In this document: one piece after another, positions 58,521 through 64,000 of the stretch
Layout of the letters: the number at the start of each line of letters is the position of its first letter
Numbering within the stretch: the first letter of the stretch is position 1
From: the human T2T-CHM13v2.0 reference genome, Homo sapiens
Assembly: GCF_009914755.1 (NCBI RefSeq)
Contig: NC_060931.1
Strand: one strand, 5' to 3'
DNA length: 64,000 nt
Position numbers and translations under genes: made by a program
Notes under the pieces: generated by a model
What the model was told of the DNA's origin: nothing
The model's input: only the letters and a program-made list of their open reading frames with translations
Databases searched by the model: none

Positions 58521-59690
58521 TTAAACTCTGCTTCTTACAATAAAGCTTTGTAATTTTCTCCAAAAAGGTCTTGCATATTTTTATTAGATTTATTTCTAGA
58601 AACTTTATATTTTTAGTTATGATTAAATATTATATATATTTAAAATTCCATTTTCTTTTTTAAAATTTATTTTTATAGAGACAGGGTCTTACACTATGTT
58701 GCCCAGGCTGGTCTTGAACTCCTAGGACTCAAGCAATCCTCCCTCCTTGGCCTCCCAAAGTGCTGGGATTACAGTTGTGAGCCACTGCACTCAGCCTAAA
58801 ATTCTATTTTTTAATTCTGTTGCTGGTACTTAGAAAAACTTAAATGTTGATGTTTTAGCTCGCAAATTTGCTAAACTCTTAATTCTAATAATCTGCTTAT
58901 AGATGATATTGGATTTCCATACATACAATCATCTAACCTTTAAAGAATGACAGTTTTGTTTCTTCCATATGCCTTTTTTTCATGCTTTTTCATTTTCCTT
59001 GCTTTACTGTGTTGACACTTTCAGTACAATGTTGAATACAAGTAGTAATAGCAGGCACTCTTGTTCTTGATTTTAAAAGAGACACTTCTAATATTTCACT
59101 ATTAACTAATGTTTACTGAGGGATTTTTGTATATACCTTTTATCAATTCAAGGGACTCAGCTAGGCAAGGTGGCACACACCTGTAATCACAGCTACTTTG
59201 GAGGCTGAGGTGGAGGCTCACTGGAACCCAGGAGTTCGAGGCTGCAGTGAGTTATGATGCCACTGCACTCCAGCCTGGGCAACGGAGCGAGACCTTGTCT
59301 CTAAAAATAAAACAGCAAATATGTATTTTAAAAACCAGCCTAAAACTGTCATTTTAACTGGAGTCCTCAGTCCCTTTGCATGTAATGTAATGATTGGTGT
59401 GGATGGAGTTAAATACACCATCTCCTCTGTGCTTTGGATCTGTCCTGCTGTATTCGGTTCTTTTAAATTTAAAAATCAGCCCACCATTTTCCTGTTTCAT
59501 TTTAAAGTTATGCCCCTTTTCTATCCTTGAGTGGTTAAGAAATCAAAAGGTGCAGACCCTTTATCAATGTCTAATGTTGATACTTTTCCCCTTCTCCCGG
59601 ACAATGCAAGGACCTTAGCACACTAATTCTTCTGCTCCTAATGTCAAATTATATGCTTTTCTTGCCACGTATTCTAAGTCTGTGAGAGGG

Positions 59691-61255
<1,565 letters not shown>

Positions 61256-61514
61256 CAATATTTCTTTAGATTTACTCAAGTACTTACCATTTACTCATTA
61301 TTACTTCTTACCTCTCAGATTTACTTTCTGAGATAATCTTTTAAAAGTTCCTTTGTGAAGAAATATTGGTGGTAAATTAATACAAAGTTTAATTGCTAAA
61401 ATCACTTTGATTCAACAGCCTAGAAACAGAATAGTCTTTACTTTTACTGTGCTAGTTTAACAAATCCATTCTGTAAAGAAATACTGTTAATTCCCCTAGA
61501 GTTTAAAACTTTAG

Positions 61515-61975
61515 GGCTGGGCACGGGCCTGTAATCCTAGCACTTTGGGAGGCCGAGGTGGGTGGATCACTTGAGGTCAGGAGTTCGAGACCAGCCTGGC
61601 CAACATGGTGAAACCCCGTCTCTATTAAAAATACAAAAATTAGCCAGGCGTGGTGGTGGGTGCCTGTAATCCCAGCTACCTGGGAGGCTGAGGTGGAAGA
61701 ATCACTTGAACCCAAGAGGCAGAGGCTGCAGCGGGCCGAGATTGTGCCACTGCACTCCAGCAGCCTGGGAGACAGAGTAAGACTGTTTCAAAAAGAAAAA
61801 AAAAAAAAAAGAAAACTTTTGGCCACGAGCAGTGGCTCACGCCTGTAATCCCTGCACTCTAGGAGGCACACATAGGAGGATCCCTTGAGGCCAGGAGTTC
61901 AAGGCTGCAGTGAGCCATGATTGTGCCACTGCACTCCAGCCTGGGAGACAGAGCAAGACTCTGTCTTAAGAAAAA
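61515..61975 (+). mobile_element. AluS plus a partial Alu, antisense within the XRCC2 3'UTR
   Basis: Dimer at 61515-61812 and monomer-like copy at 61821-61975, about 50 nt past the XRCC2 stop. Confidence 0.88.
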
Positions 61976-62023
61976 TTTTAAGGCTTGCGTAGTACCCTGC
62001 AAAAGACTATTTTATGATGTATA

Positions 62024-62857
<834 letters not shown>

Positions 62858-63059
62858 CTAAATTCACTTTTGCCAAAATGGAGCTGTACAAGCAAATACA
62901 ATAAATAAGGAAATTAGAGCCTGGTGGGAAGGTTGGAAGAGGCTAGGGGACTCTCCTCCGGCCAGGCTCACATGCACTCCCACTTCAATTTGTAAGATTC
63001 AAAAATAAAGAGCCACAGATCTAGGGCCTTTCCAAAATCTGATGACTACAGTACACACC

Positions 63060-63505
63060 CTTTCTGGTAGTTGATTACACTATATCCATTCTTCCCTTCT
63101 TCCTAAAGTATAAAACCCAATTTGATGGGGAGGGAAATGTGTCCACTTTAAAACTATTTTTCATAGTCTCCTTTGAAAAGCAAGGTTACCAGGTAACACA
63201 GCTGTCGCCAGTGAGATGCAGGCTGCTCTCTGTTGATGATTCTTTCCTATCCAGGGACCCCTTCTGCCCTGCCGCACCCTCCTGTGGGGGTGGAGCAGCC
63301 ATCTGGAAGCAGTGAGGATGAAACCCACCCTTAGGATGGTGGCGTGGAAGACAGAAGGTACCCAGGACTCTGGGCACACGGAGCCCCCACCAGCCACGCA
63401 CAGCCTGCCTCTGTGCCACTCAGGATGTGAGGAAAACAAGCCTCCACCTGGGCAAGCCACTAAGTTGGACTTCTATGACACGCAGGTGAAGGCACTCCCT
63501 AATTA
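63060..63505 (+). mobile_element. MLT1 (J/K-like) MaLR LTR in the XRCC2 intron
   Basis: ggagcagccatc...gaggatgaaacc...ggatggtggcgtggaagacagaagg.acc..g...aagccact motifs. Confidence 0.65.
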
Positions 63506-64000
63506 GGTTTCTCAGTGTTATTGATGTTATGGGGGGAACAATTCTGGATTTTGTGGTTTCACACATTATTGAGGCAAGAGCCCATGGCTCTCAGACCCTA
63601 AATGCCAACAGCATCCTTCAACTGAAAACAACCTTACACGTTCCCAAACTGCCTTCAGTTATTCTTTGCTATTTGAATTATCTCTGGAAACCATGTCCAG
63701 CTGCATTAGAAATTATTTTCCTAGCATTAAAAATCAAAGTCAACTACTCTGAACGTTAAAGACTCCAACTCTCCTTCTATCTAGGCTCGAATAACTAAGG
63801 ACAGCACAAGTTAAATCAAACAACACTGGGGAAGTTGCCTTGCTTCCAGAGCTTTTCAAAATGCACTCACAGTGGCATTCAACTCTTGCTTGTCATTATT
63901 AATTTACGGCTGAACTACCTGATTGGAAACACTATGTTAAAATGCCAATTATTAGCCCCAACCAAATGATGGTCTAAATACGGATTCAAGGGCTGGGCGC

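Overview
Great-ape, most likely human, genomic DNA. An SVA, a young L1PA and about 70 Alus are present, and the XRCC2 peptide matches the human protein as I remember it (7q36.1). The only intact protein-coding sequence is the last coding exon of XRCC2 (minus strand, 62024-62745; Walker A GPEGTGKT), followed by a repeat-rich 3' region. The rest is mostly Alu, L1, ERVL/MaLR LTR and DNA-transposon sequence. It also holds four retrocopies: RPS20 and RPL36A processed pseudogenes, a 5S rRNA pseudogene and a U13 snoRNA pseudogene. The most interesting unexplained signal is a series of plus-strand exon-like blocks in the unique sequence from about 1.4 to 49 kb. They have canonical or single-base-decayed splice sites, chain in compatible phases, have few stop codons and are interrupted by Alu/MST insertions. 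This fits a long-dead multi-exon gene (candidate unitary pseudogene, weakly RGS22/RGSL1-like) convergent with XRCC2. Other notable structures: a 5S-Alu chimeric retrocopy, a near-perfect inverted duplication across old repeat junctions, an L1PA with an internal micro-inversion that removes the RT active site, an intact MER75 piggyBac MITE and a consensus RFX X-box. Repeat subfamily calls and most Alu boundaries are by eye and approximate.
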